Shown here in pieces: positions 1 to 23,899 of a DNA stretch of 64,000 nt (position 1 is its first letter; every line of letters begins with the position of its first letter). This stretch comes from Styela clava (lineage: Eukaryota): contig NC_135252.1 in assembly GCF_964204865.1 (NCBI RefSeq), forward strand, positions 17,298,001-17,362,000, given 5' to 3'. The translations under genes and the position numbers were made by a program. Under the pieces are notes generated by a model. The model was not told where the DNA came from. It made no database searches and was given only the letters and a program-made list of their open reading frames with translations.

Positions 1-2771
1 AAGGCAGCACTACGACACATTCGGAGTAAAGCAGATACCTAATAGATTTGATTTTATTATGCCAGAACAGTAGCAGCACGTTTTGACTTGGCCATATATA
101 ATACCAAACATAGCGTGTATTCAAACTTTTATAAACAATGCAGACGTAACAAATTTAAAAACGGTTTAGTATTTCAAATAAATTTCCTAGATAATTTATC
201 AAACATCTTTTTCTTTTGGACATACATATATACTATACGTTCATTAAACTTGGAATAAGTTGCGGAAAGTATAAAATACCAAAAAGCATTTTACGTCCTC
301 TTGTGGATATTTTTCAAAATTTTAAAAAATTATCGTAATTGAAATAGCGATTTCTCAAAAACCGCCAATAAAGGCAGCACTACGACACATTTGGAGAGAA
401 GCAGATACCTTATAGATTCGATTTTAATAAGTCAGAACAGTAGCAGCACGTTTTGAGTTGGTCATATATAATACCAAACATAGCGTATAATTTTTAATTT
501 TATCAACCATGTATATGTAACATATTTAAAAACGGTTAGGTATTTCAACTTAATTTACTGGATAATTCATCAAACACTTTTCTCTCTTGGTCATACATCA
601 AAACAGTATGTTCATTAAACTTGGAATTATTGTGCAAATCCTAAAATGCCAAAAAATGATTTGAAGCCCTCTTGTGGATTATTTTCGGAATTTCGAAAAA
701 TTATCGTTTTAGAAAAGGCGATTTCTCAAAAACCGCCAATAAAGGCATCACTACGACACATTCGGAGTAAAGCAGATACCTTATAGATTTTATTTTATTA
801 TGTCAGAACAGTAGCAGCACGTTTTGACTTGGCCATATATAATACCAAACATAGCGTGTATTCAAACTTTTATAAACAATGCAGACGTAACATATTTAAA
901 AACGGTTTGGTATTTCAAATAAATTTCCTAAATAATTTATCAAACATATTTTTCTCTTGGACATACATATATACTATACGTTCATTAAACTTGGAATAAG
1001 TTGCGGAAAGTATAAAATACCAAAAAGCAATTTACGTCCTCTTGTGGATTTTTTTCAAAATTTCAAAAAATTAACGTAATTGAAATAGCGATTTCTCGGA
1101 AACCGCCAATAAAGGCAGCACTACGACACATTTGGAGAGAAGCAGATACCTTATAGATTCGATTTTAATAAGTCAGAACAGTAGCAGCACGTTTTGAGTT
1201 GGCCATATATAATACCAAACATAGCGTATAATTTTTAATTTTATCAACCATGTATATGTAACATATTTGAAAAAGGTTAGGTATTTCAACTTAATTTACT
1301 GGATAATTCATCAAACACTTTTCTCTCTTGGTCATACATCAAAACTGTATGTTCATTAAACTTGGAATTATTGTGCAAATCCTAAAATGCCAAAAAATGA
1401 TTTGACGCCCTCTTGTGGATTATTTTCGGAATTTCGAAAAATTATCGTTTTTGAAAAGGCGATTTCTCAAAAACCGCCAATAAAGGCATCACTACGACAC
1501 ATTCGGAGTAAAGCAGATACCTTATAGATTTGATTTCATTATGTCAGAACAGTAGCAGCACGTTTTGACTTGGTCATATATAATACCAAACATAGCGTGT
1601 ATTTAAACTTTTATAAAAAATGCAGACGTAACATATTTTAAAACGGTTTGATATTTCAACTAAATTTTCTAGATAATTTATCAAACATCTTTTTCTCTTT
1701 GACATACATATATACTATTCGTTCAATAAACTTGGAATAAGTTACGGAAAGTATAAAATACTAAAAAGCATTTTACGTCCTCTTGTGGATTATTTTCAAA
1801 ATTTCAAAAAATTATCGTTTTTGAAAAGGCGATTTCTCAAAAACCGCCAATAAAGGCATCACTACGACACATTCGGAGTAAAGCAGATACCTTATAGATT
1901 TGATTTCATTATTTCAGAACAGTAGCAGCACGTTTTGACTTGGTCATATATAATACCAAACATAGCGTGTATTTAAACTTTTATAAAAAATGCAGACGTA
2001 ACATATTTTAAAACGGTTTGATATTTCAAATAAATTTCCTAGATAATTTATCAAACATCTTTTTCTCTTGGACATACATATATACTATACGTTCATTAAA
2101 CTTGGAATAAGTTGCGGAAAGTATAAAATACCAAAAAGCATTTTACGTCCTTTTGTGGATTATTTTCAAAATTTCAAAAAATTATCGTAATTGAAATAGC
2201 GATTTCTCGGAAACCGCAAATAAAGGCAGCATTACGACACATTTGGAGAGAAGCAGATACCTTATAGATTCGATTTTAATATGTCAAAACAGGAGCAGCA
2301 CGTTTTGACTAGGCCATATATAATTCCAAACATAGCGTATATTTTCAATTTTATTAAAAAATGTAGATGTGACATATTTAAAAAGGGTTTGGTATTTCAA
2401 CTAAATTTTACTGGAAAATTCATCAAATACTTTCTTTACTTGGGTATACAACAAAACTGTACGTTCATTAAACTTGGAATTAGTGTGCAAATCTTAAAAT
2501 GCCAAAAATGATTTGACGCCCTCTTGTGGATGCTTTTCAGAATTTCGAAAAATTATCGTTTTTGAAATAGCGATTTTTCAAAAACCGCCAATAAAGGCAG
2601 CACTACGACACATTCGGAGTAAAGCAGATACCTTATAGATTTGATTTCATTATGTCAGAACAGTAGCAGCACGTTTTGACTTCGCCATATATAATACCAA
2701 ACATAGCGTGTATTCAAACTTTTATAAACAATGCAGACGTAACATATTTAAAAATGGTTTGGTATTTCAAC
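1..2771 (+). repeat. Satellite DNA array, ~370-371 bp monomer, forward-orientation block (about 7.5 monomers, continues beyond the left window edge)
   Basis: Anchor AAGGCA(G/T)CA(C/T)TACGACACATT recurs at 1, 371, 742, 1112, 1483, 1853, 2223 and 2594 (period 370/371). The last monomer is truncated at ~2771. Confidence 0.97.
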
Positions 2772-5700
2772 AAAATCTATGGAGTATCTGCTTTTCTTCG
2801 AATGTGTCGTAGTGCTGCCTTTATTGGCGGTTTTGTGGAAATCGCCACTCCAAAAACGGTATGTTCGAGATATTGAACAAAATTACTATGGGGCGTAAGT
2901 CATTTTTTTGTTGTTTTATACAATTTGCAACTTATTCCAAGTTTAATGAACGTTCATTATTGGTGTACGACCAAAAAAAAAAGATGTTTGATGAATTATC
3001 CAGTAAATTTAGTTAAAATACAACATCTTTTTACAATATGTTACGTGTACATTGTTTATAAAATTGTAAATACACGTTATATTTGGTATTATATATGGCC
3101 AAGTAAAAACGTGCTGCTGTTGTTCTGACATAATGAAATGAAATCTATATGGTATTTTCTTTTCTCCGAATGTGTCGTAGTGCTGCCTTTATTGGCGGTT
3201 TTTGAGAAATCGCCCTTTTAAAAACGATATTTTTTCAAAACTTCAAAAAAACACCACAAGAGAGCGTCAAATCATTTTTTGTTATTTTAGGATTCGCCGT
3301 CTTATTCCAAGTTTAATGAACATACAGTTTTGATGTATGACCAAGAGAGAAAAGTGTTTGGTGAATTATCCAGTAAATTAAGTTGAAATACCTAACCGTT
3401 TTTAAATATGTTACATCTACATAGTTGATAAAATTATATATGGCCAAGTCAAAACGTGCTGCTACTGTTCTGACATAATGAAATCAAATCTATAAGGTAT
3501 CTGCTTCACTCCGAATGTGTCGTAGTGCTGCCTTTATTGGCGGTTTTTGAGAAATCGCGCTTTCAAAAACGATAATTTTTCGAAATTCCGAAAAGAATCC
3601 ACAAGAGGGCGTCAAATCATTTTTGGCATTTTAAGATTTGCACACTAATTCCAAGTTTAATGAACGTACAGTTTTGTTGTAAACCCAAGAGAAGAAAGTA
3701 TTTGATGAATTTTCCAGTAAATTTAGTTGAAATACCAAACCGTTTTTAAATATGTCACATCTACATTTTTTAATAAAATTGAAAATATACGCTATGTTTG
3801 GAATTATATATGGCCAAGTCAAAACGTGCTGCTACTGTTCTGACTTATTAAAATCGAATCTATAAGGTATCTGCTTCTCTCCAAATGTGTCGTAATGCTG
3901 CCTTTATTGGCGGTTTCCGAGAAATCGCTATTTCAATAACGATAATTTTTTGAAATTTTGAAAATAATCCACAAGAGGACGTAAAATGCTTTTTGGTATT
4001 TTATACTTTCCGCAACTTATTCCAAGTTTAATGAACGTATAGTATATATGTATGTCAAAGAGAAAAAGATGTTCGATAAATTATCTAGGAAATTTATTTG
4101 AAATACCAAACCGTTTTTAAATATGTTACGTCTGCATTGTTTATAAAAGTTTGAATACACGCTATGTTTGGTATTATATATGGCCAAGTTAAAACGTGCT
4201 GCTACTGTTCTGACATAATGAAATCAAATCTATAACGTATCTGCTTTACTCCGAATGTGTCGTAGTGTTGCCTTTATTGGCGGTTTTTGAGAAATCGCCC
4301 TTTCAAAAACGATATTTTTTTAAAAACTTCGGCAAAAATCCACAAGAGGGCGTCAAATCATTTTATGTTATTTTAGGATTCGCCGTCTTATTCCAAGTTT
4401 AATGAACATACAGTTTTGATGTATGACCAAGAGAGAAAAGTGTTTGATGAATTATCCAGTAAATTAAGTTGAAATACCTAACCGTTTTTAAATATGTTAC
4501 ATCTACATAGTTGATAAAATTGAAAATTATACGCTATGTTTGATATTATATATGGCCAAGTCAAAACGTGCTGCTACTGTTCTGACATAATGAAATCAAA
4601 TCTATAACGTATCTGCTTTACTCCGAATGTGTCGTAGTGCTGCCTTTATTGGCGGTTTTTGAGAAATCGCCCTTTCAAAAACGATAATTTTTCGAAATTC
4701 CGAAAAGGATCCACAAGGAGCGTCAAATCATTTTTTGACATTTTAAGATTTGCACACTAATTCCAAGTTTAATGAACGTACAGTTTTGTTGTATACCCAA
4801 GAGAAGAAAGTATTTGATGAATTTTCCAGTAAATTTAGTTGAAATACCAAACCGTTTTTAAATATGTCACATCTACATTTTTTAACAAAATTGAAAATAT
4901 ACGCTATGTTTGGAATTATATATGGCCAAGTCAAAACGTGCTGCTACTGTTCTGACCATATTAAAATAGAATCTATAAGGTATCTGCTTTTCTCCAAATG
5001 TGTCGTAATGCTGCCTTTATTGGCGGTTTTCGAGAAATCGCTATTTCAATAACGATAATTTTTTGAAATTTTGAAAATAATCCACAAAAGGACGTAAAAT
5101 GCTTTTTGGTATTTTATACTTTCCGCAACTTATTCCAAGTTTAATGAACGTATAGTGTATATGTATGTCCAAGAGAAAAAGATGTTTGATAAATTATCTA
5201 GGAAATTTATTTGAAATACCAAACCGTTTTTAAATATTTTACGACTGCATTGTTTATAAAAGTTTGAATACACGCTATGTTTGGTATTATATATGGCCGA
5301 GTCAAAACGTGCTGCTACTGTTCTGACATAATAAAATCAAATCTATTAGGTATCTGCTTTACTCCGAATGTGTCGAAGTGCTGCCTTTATTGGCGGTTTT
5401 CGAGAAATCGCCATTTCAATTACCATAATTTTTTGGAATTTTGAAAGTAATCCACAAGAGGACGTAAAATGCTTTTTGGTATTTTATACTTTCCGCAACC
5501 TTTTTCCAAGTTTAATGAACGAATAGTATATATATATGTCCAAGAGAAAAAGATGTTTGATAAATTATCTAGAAAATTTAGTTGAAATATCAAACCGTTT
5601 TTAAATATGTTACGTCTGCATTTTTTATAAAAGTTTAAATACACGCTATGTTTGGTATTATATATGACCAAGTCAAAACGTGCTGCTACTGTTCTGACAT

Positions 5701-7670
5701 AATTAAATCAAATCTATAAGGTATCTGCTTTACTCCGAATGTGTCGTAGTGATGCCTTTATTGGCGGTTTTTGAGAAATCGCCTTTTCAAAAACGATAAT
5801 TTTTTGAAATTTTGAAAATAATCCACAAGAGGACGTAAAATGCTTTTTGGTATTTTATACTTTCCGTAACTTATTCCAAGTTTATTGAACGAATAGTATA
5901 TATGTATGTCCAAGAGAAAAAGATGTTTGATAAATTATCTAGAAAATTTAGTTGAAATATCAAACCGTTTTTAAATATGTTACGTCTGCATTGTTTATAA
6001 CAGTTTAAATACACGCTATGTTTGGTATTATATTTGACCAAGTCAAAACGTGCTGCTACTGTTCTGACATAATGAAATCAAATCTATAAGGTATCTGCTT
6101 TACTCCGAATGTGTCGTAGTGCTGCCTTTATTGGCGGTTTTCGAGAAATCGCCCTTTCAAAAACGATTATTTTTCGGAATTCAGAAAAGAACCCATTATA
6201 GAGAGCGTAAAATGTTTTTTTTTTTTATTTTAAACTTTCCCAATTAATTCTTAGTTTAATAAACGTACAGTATTCATTTGTGACAAAGAGAAAAATATAT
6301 TTGATCAATTTTCCAGCAGCTTCAGTTGAAATACAAATCCCTATTAAATTTGTTACGTCGACAATGTTTATAAAACTGAGAATACACGCTATTTTGGTAT
6401 TATATGTAGCCGAGTCAAAACATGCTGCCACTGTTTTGTTACAGTGAAATCAAATCTATAGGGTATATACTTTTTCCGAATGTGTCGTAGTGCTGCCTTT
6501 ATTGGCGGTTTTCGAGAAATTCCCCTTCCAAAATCGATAATTTTTCGAAATTTTGAAAAGAATCCACGAGAGGGCGTAAAATATTTTTTTGGTATTTTAT
6601 ACTTTTCTTCTGCAACTCATTCTAAGTTTAATAGACGTACAGTATTAATGTGTGACAAAGAGAAAAATATATATTTTATCAATTGTTCAGCAAATTTAGT
6701 TGACATACAATTCCTTTTTAAATTTGTTTCGTCCACATTGTTCATAAAATTGAAGAGTATACGCTATGTTTGGTATTATATATGGCAAAGTCAAAACGTT
6801 CTGCTACCGTTCTGACATAATAAAATTGAATCTATAAGGTATGTGCTTTTCTCTGAATGTGTCGTGATGCTGCCTTTATTGGCGGTTTTTGAGAAATCAC
6901 TAATCCAAAAACGTTAATTTTCGAAATTCTCAAACTAATTCAAGGGGGTGCGCAAAATTTTTATTATTACTTTATACTTTCTGAAACTTATTCTAACTTT
7001 AATAGACGTACAGTATTGATGTGAGACAAAGAGAAAAAGATATTTGATCAATTATCCTGCAACTTTAGTTGAAATACAAACCCTTTTTTAATATGTTACG
7101 TACCTTTGTTTTAAAAATCGAGGAATATACGCTATTTTTGGTATTATATATGGCCAAGTCAAAACGTGCTGCTACTGTTCTGGCATAATAAAATCGAATC
7201 TATAATGTATGTGCTTTTATCCGAATATGTCGTAGTGCTGCCTTTATTGGCGGTTTTCGAAAAATCGCCATTTTAAAAACGATAATTTTTTGTAATCCAG
7301 GACAGAATCCACTAGGAGTCGCAAATGATTTTTTGCTGTTTTATACTTCCCGCAACGTATTCCAAGTTTAAAAGATGTACAGTATTAATGTGTGACAAAA
7401 AGAAAATGATATTTTATCCATTATCTAGCAAATTTAGTTGAAATACAAAATCAATTTTAAATTTGTTACGTCCATGCCGTTATTAAAATTTAGATTACAT
7501 GATATGTTTGGTAATATATATGGTCAAGCCAAAACGTACTGCTACTGTTCTGTTATAGAAAAATTGAATTTATATGGTATCTGCTTTTCTCCAAATGTGT
7601 CGTGGTGCTGCCTTTATTGGCGGTTTTCGAGGAATCGAGGTTCCGAAAAGGATAATTTTTCGAAACTTTG
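2772..7670 (-). repeat. Same ~370-bp satellite in inverted orientation (about 13 monomers), decaying toward the array edge
   Basis: The reverse-complement anchor AATGTGTCGTAGTGCTGCCTTTATTGGCGG recurs about every 370 bp from ~2800 to ~7600. Monomers after ~6130 and the one at the junction are visibly more diverged. The short ORFs listed here are repeat by-products. Confidence 0.97.
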
Positions 7671-8796
7671 TATTTGCGGAATACCTGAAAATTCATTTTT
7701 CGCTTAGTTAGTCTTTTTTTGAACACTATTTTCTTGTTAAATTTAATGTATTCATTCAGTTTAAAGATTTTTCATCTATTTTCGTGACAATATTATATTT
7801 TGATCAGCATTTTCAATTTTCATATTTACCTATAAGTGAACACTATATGCGCGTGGAACCTATATTCAATGTGTAAAAATATTCTGGCTGAAAGTGCTGC
7901 TAGCTTCACAGTGGTCTCACACAGACATCCCATGAAAGATCGCAAAATCTTAATTGTTGCCAGGTTCTGCTGGCTTAAATTATGAAATAACTTTTTTTTT
8001 TTATTATTCCTTGACTTTTGCAGTATTGCTGTGTAAACGAATGTCTTATGCAAGCAATGAATACAGTTTTATATTAGGTTGTATATAAAAAGTCCTTTTT
8101 TAGCTTGGTCAAAACTAAATTTTACCTACTATTCTTTCAAAGCTTACATTCATGTCTTATGACCATTATAAAAGTATTACTGGTATTGTGATATCACAAA
8201 CAAATGTTCTTACGGTTACCTCCGTAGTGTATGAGCCACGTTGGAATTTGCATAACAGGCTTGAGTTTAAAATTGAGGTTTCGTTTTCTGCCTATGAAAA
8301 AATATCCAATGTAGTACAGCAGAGCACATCAAAGTGGATTGTGAAATAAAAGTTCTGCAATAGCTAGAATAGTCCTATCCTTTTTTGAAAAATTCAATTT
8401 CCACTGTCACGTTCTGAATAGGTTGTTCCCATTCACCCAGCCGCGAATGTGTACGTGCCGGTACTGTACTACTTCGTTAGAATAAATAATCTAGCTTAGT
8501 TTATGCTGCAACATACTGTTTATTAGTTTGGTCTAATAAAACATTCGAATCTAAAAATCTGATTTCTATGTTGCCGTTTGGATCCAAAATGTGAGTAGTC
8601 CGCTCATTTATATGGTCTTAACTCTGCTATGCCGTGGCTCTGACCAACTATTTTCGGGTGTGATTTTGAGGCTTACATTTGTCGCATCATTTCTGAAGCG
8701 GACCAACTGAAACTCTGCCAGTCGTGATGGATTTGATAAAGTAAACCAATAAATATCAACATTTGCAAATTAAGCTAAGTTCTACCATGAAAAACT

Positions 8797-8999
8797 GGTG
8801 ACCGTACATTTGAACCCATGTACATTTGAACTCATGCGTATATCCACGGGTTCAATCTATATGCGGGTGCTAAAACCCATGGGTTAGGGTTAGTATGGGT
8901 TTAACTATCCGTGAAACAAAAAAAATTCCATAGGTGCAATAGCATACAGGTGCAATTGTCATGGGTTCAAATGAACGTGGGTTCAAATGTAATGGAACC
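8797..8999. mobile_element. ~200-bp MITE with imperfect TIRs and a 9-bp TSD (Mutator/MULE-like)
   Basis: Left end GGTGACCGTACATTTGAACCCA vs reverse complement of right end GGTTCCATTACATTTGAACCCA (18/22). Flanks TGAAAAACT / TAAAAAACT (8/9). Internal GGGTTAGGGTTAG. Confidence 0.7.
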
Positions 9000-9311
9000 T
9001 AAAAAACTATGTATTGATTTATGTATTTGCTTGACGAAAAAATTCTGATGACTTGCCTAAACTATAGAATTAAGAGATTCGACTGTTTTTTTTTCGTGGA
9101 AATCACATTGGAAAATGCTGTGCCTTACAATACTTTTATTATATATTTATTTTCGAAGCACTTTACTTCGTACCGTTTATGTTACACTTGGGAGATGCTA
9201 AAATTTTAATAAAATCCTCCCTTTAACAAGACCATATTCTTTCGTGACAATAGCGATTCAAGTATCCTATAACTTCTTGAACATTTTAACATATTTTCAG
9301 TTGAATTAAAA

Positions 9312-10910
9312 ATGAAGGCATTTTTAGTCATCATTATATTTTCTATGCCAATACGCGGAGAATGGTTTTCTTCATTTTCCCACATGGAAAAGCTGTTAGG
9401 AAAAGAAGTTGACCTCCTGAAATCTCTGAGCGATTACATCACTTATGAAAATTCAAGACTGAATTATCTGGAAGAGGCATTGAAAATCATGAACACTACT
9501 TCATGTAGTTCTGCAAGTAATGTCAGAGCATGTATGGAAAATCCAATTAATCAGTACGCACTTATGAAGCGGTTAGCATACGTTTGGGAAGGAGTAAGAA
9601 GCGCTGTGAGCGATAGAAACGCATCTGAGAAATTTTTATGGACAATTGACCGCAACCGTCCTACGTTACCAACTTCTCTTGATGTCTTTGGATCGATTAG
9701 CGGATTAATTCGTATTCAGTTAATTTACGGTATCTCTGCACATGATATGGCTCTTGGGATAATTGGGAAATCTGTTTCTGGAATTTCACTTTCTGCGGGA
9801 GACTGTTATGACATCGGTGATGTTGCTTTGGCGAATAACCAGTCTCAAATTTGTGCGGAGTGGCAAGAAACTGCCTTGAATAAAATGAGAAATGGTGACA
9901 ACTCCATAAACGCCGAAAAAGTATTATATCTGTTAGCTAGATGCGTGTATGCACACGGTAACTTACCTATGGCGTATGAAACATTGCGAGAGATTGCCAG
10001 ATTTGCCCCGGATTTTATTGAAATGGCAGATTTTTATCGACATGTTATGGCGCAAGCAGAACAACAAAAGTTGGCGCCATTTCTTGGTAACTTTTACGGT
10101 GTCCTTGAAAAGTATGCCCATGAAAAACCTTTAAAAAATCACAGTCTTTTGGAACAACTTTGCCAAGGGAAGAAACCACTGACCAGAATTCAGGGACCGC
10201 CATTACGATGTTATTTGTGGGACGGAAACAGAAATCCACGCTTGTTGTTTCGTCCAGTTAAAGTAGAGATTGAAAGTGAAAAGCCGTTCGTGGCCCGCTT
10301 GTACAATTTCATAAGTGACGATGAGATCGAGATATTGAAAAAAGTATCTTCGCCTCTGATGTATCGAGCAAAAGTCAGTAACGGCGAAAGCGGGGGAAGA
10401 GAGAGCGACAGCAGAGTTACAAAAACAGTTTTTCTGGAGGAAAAACGTTTCGAAATTGTGGCAAAGATAAACAGAAGGGTAGCCGATGTTACAAAGTTTG
10501 ATTCTCGTTACGTCGAAGAGTTATCAATATCTAATTATGGCGTGGGAGGTCACTACGATTTACACATGGACGCATTCGGTATAAAAGCAAAGGAAGGAAA
10601 GAATTTTGAAAACAAGGGTGATCGAATAGCGACTTTACTGATGTATCTTTCCGACGTAGATCAAGGAGGGAATACTGTGTTTCCAAATCTGAGAATTGTC
10701 GCAAAACCAATAAAGGGAAGTGCAATCCTTTGGTTCAATTTGTTGACGAACGGAACAATCGATCGTGATAGTCTTCATTCTGGCTGCCCGGTGATGACAG
10801 GAGATAAATGGATTATAAATTTGTGGGTTCGGGAAAAGGCAATTTCAACATGTAGTTTGTGCGAATCACGGATTTGCCCGGAAAATACACACAAAATGCG
10901 CTTTTATTAA
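9312..10910 (+). CDS. Prolyl 4-hydroxylase alpha subunit-like (collagen P4H alpha family), single coding exon, 532 aa
   Basis: Signal peptide followed by EWFSS (family N-terminus E-x-F-T/S-S), NPINQYALMKRL, GLIRIQLIY, LCQG, LRCY, HYDLHMD (HxD iron ligands), GDRIATLLMYLSDVDQGGNTVFP, distal His in LHSGCPV and the 2-OG-binding Lys in GDKW. Splice acceptor TTTTCAG at 9294-9300 just upstream of the ATG. Paralogue not assignable. Confidence 0.93.
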   Translation: MKAFLVIIIFSMPIRGEWFSSFSHMEKLLGKEVDLLKSLSDYITYENSRLNYLEEALKIMNTTSCSSASNVRACMENPINQYALMKRLAYVWEGVRSAVSDRNASEKFLWTIDRNRPTLPTSLDVFGSISGLIRIQLIYGISAHDMALGIIGKSVSGISLSAGDCYDIGDVALANNQSQICAEWQETALNKMRNGDNSINAEKVLYLLARCVYAHGNLPMAYETLREIARFAPDFIEMADFYRHVMAQAEQQKLAPFLGNFYGVLEKYAHEKPLKNHSLLEQLCQGKKPLTRIQGPPLRCYLWDGNRNPRLLFRPVKVEIESEKPFVARLYNFISDDEIEILKKVSSPLMYRAKVSNGESGGRESDSRVTKTVFLEEKRFEIVAKINRRVADVTKFDSRYVEELSISNYGVGGHYDLHMDAFGIKAKEGKNFENKGDRIATLLMYLSDVDQGGNTVFPNLRIVAKPIKGSAILWFNLLTNGTIDRDSLHSGCPVMTGDKWIINLWVREKAISTCSLCESRICPENTHKMRFY

Positions 10911-12197
10911 CTCGTATGACTATCTCATTAGGCCTAGGGTACTACCATAACTGACGTACTCAAAATAAACTTTGCTATGACAATTTCCACGGTCTTGGCA
11001 CGAAATTATTTTGGCGTTTAATATTATAGAATTCCCATGACGGGCGGGGGAATTAGGTTAAGATTGCTCAATCATATAGCGATTTATTGTCGGACTAGCT
11101 GGTACGGCATGATCATTGATAAACAGTTGAGCGCTCCAATGGTACGAGTGTGGAAAATCCAAAATCAGCGACCAGAGAAGACGAGGAGTACAGAAATTAT
11201 CATTTCACAAGGAATACGGACCCGCCGGTTTTAATCAGTTATGCGACGAACAGCTACCTTAAGACTTTTGCTTTCAATGTAAGAGCTGTACGTATGTATT
11301 GATACTGTTTGTTGCTGTTAGTTCGTTTTCAATTTGACTATTTTTATTTCGACTTTTTCACTTTTAAGATAGGAGGATAGGAATGCGATTAAATATTTTT
11401 GTAATTCAATTTGTCCTTATTTCGAGACATTCTAATCGACAATCGTTGAAATATTTTGGCTTAGTCTTGATACGCAAATATATATACCGTAGTTTGTATT
11501 TCTGCGTAATTTATTGAAATTAAACCTCTGCCAAACTTGAAAAGAATAAACTAACATGGCCACTGTATTTTAACAAATTCTAGTTTTTTCAATATAACAA
11601 TCAACAGCAGGTAAACCAATTCAGCATATTTATGCCATATGTACCTGCTAGTGGAAAGTTTGTGAACAGAAAGGGCGTTGGTATTTTCAGGTCCGCACAG
11701 AAAGTGTCTGGAATATTTGCCCATTCAAATAGAAGCTCTACCAAAAGCTATAGGTCTAGATTGGCGCTATTTCTCGTACCTAGCGCATGGTCGCAGCAAT
11801 CGTGAGAAGCAAGAGTGCTGCAAGTACACTTGTTCATCATCTATCGAAAGTTGACAACAGCTTTTTTTAAATTTTCCTTGCTTAATTTTCTGGTCTTCGC
11901 ATCGCTGATAGATCAATCAAGCTATCTCGATTAAAACGCTCCTTTAACAAAACAGCAAGCACAAACAACTCAATACTGATACCTAATAAAACAGGAATCA
12001 ATATGCGAGAATGTTTTTACGATTCCAAAAAGGTAACTTTACATAAACTCAATAATAGTTTACATAAGTATACAGGTGACAAGACCAGAAACACATTGAT
12101 CACAACTAGATATCCTATATCGTGCGACCATATCCATATTTAAATCCTTGTAAAAGGTTCAGTAGAAAAAATTGTCCGAGTCCAAATAAGTTAATTT

Positions 12198-23899
<11,702 letters not shown>

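Noticed and set aside
1-7670. CRISPR array, or tandem snRNA/5S/spliced-leader RNA genes
   Set aside because: Whole 370-bp units are homologous (no unique spacers), the context is eukaryotic, and I see no recognisable 5S/U snRNA sequence. TTGGAATAAG resembles a tunicate SL end but lacks a proper donor and Sm-site context.
2281-7707. Short ORFs within the satellite
   Set aside because: They recur with the repeat period, occur on both strands and are broken in sister monomers.
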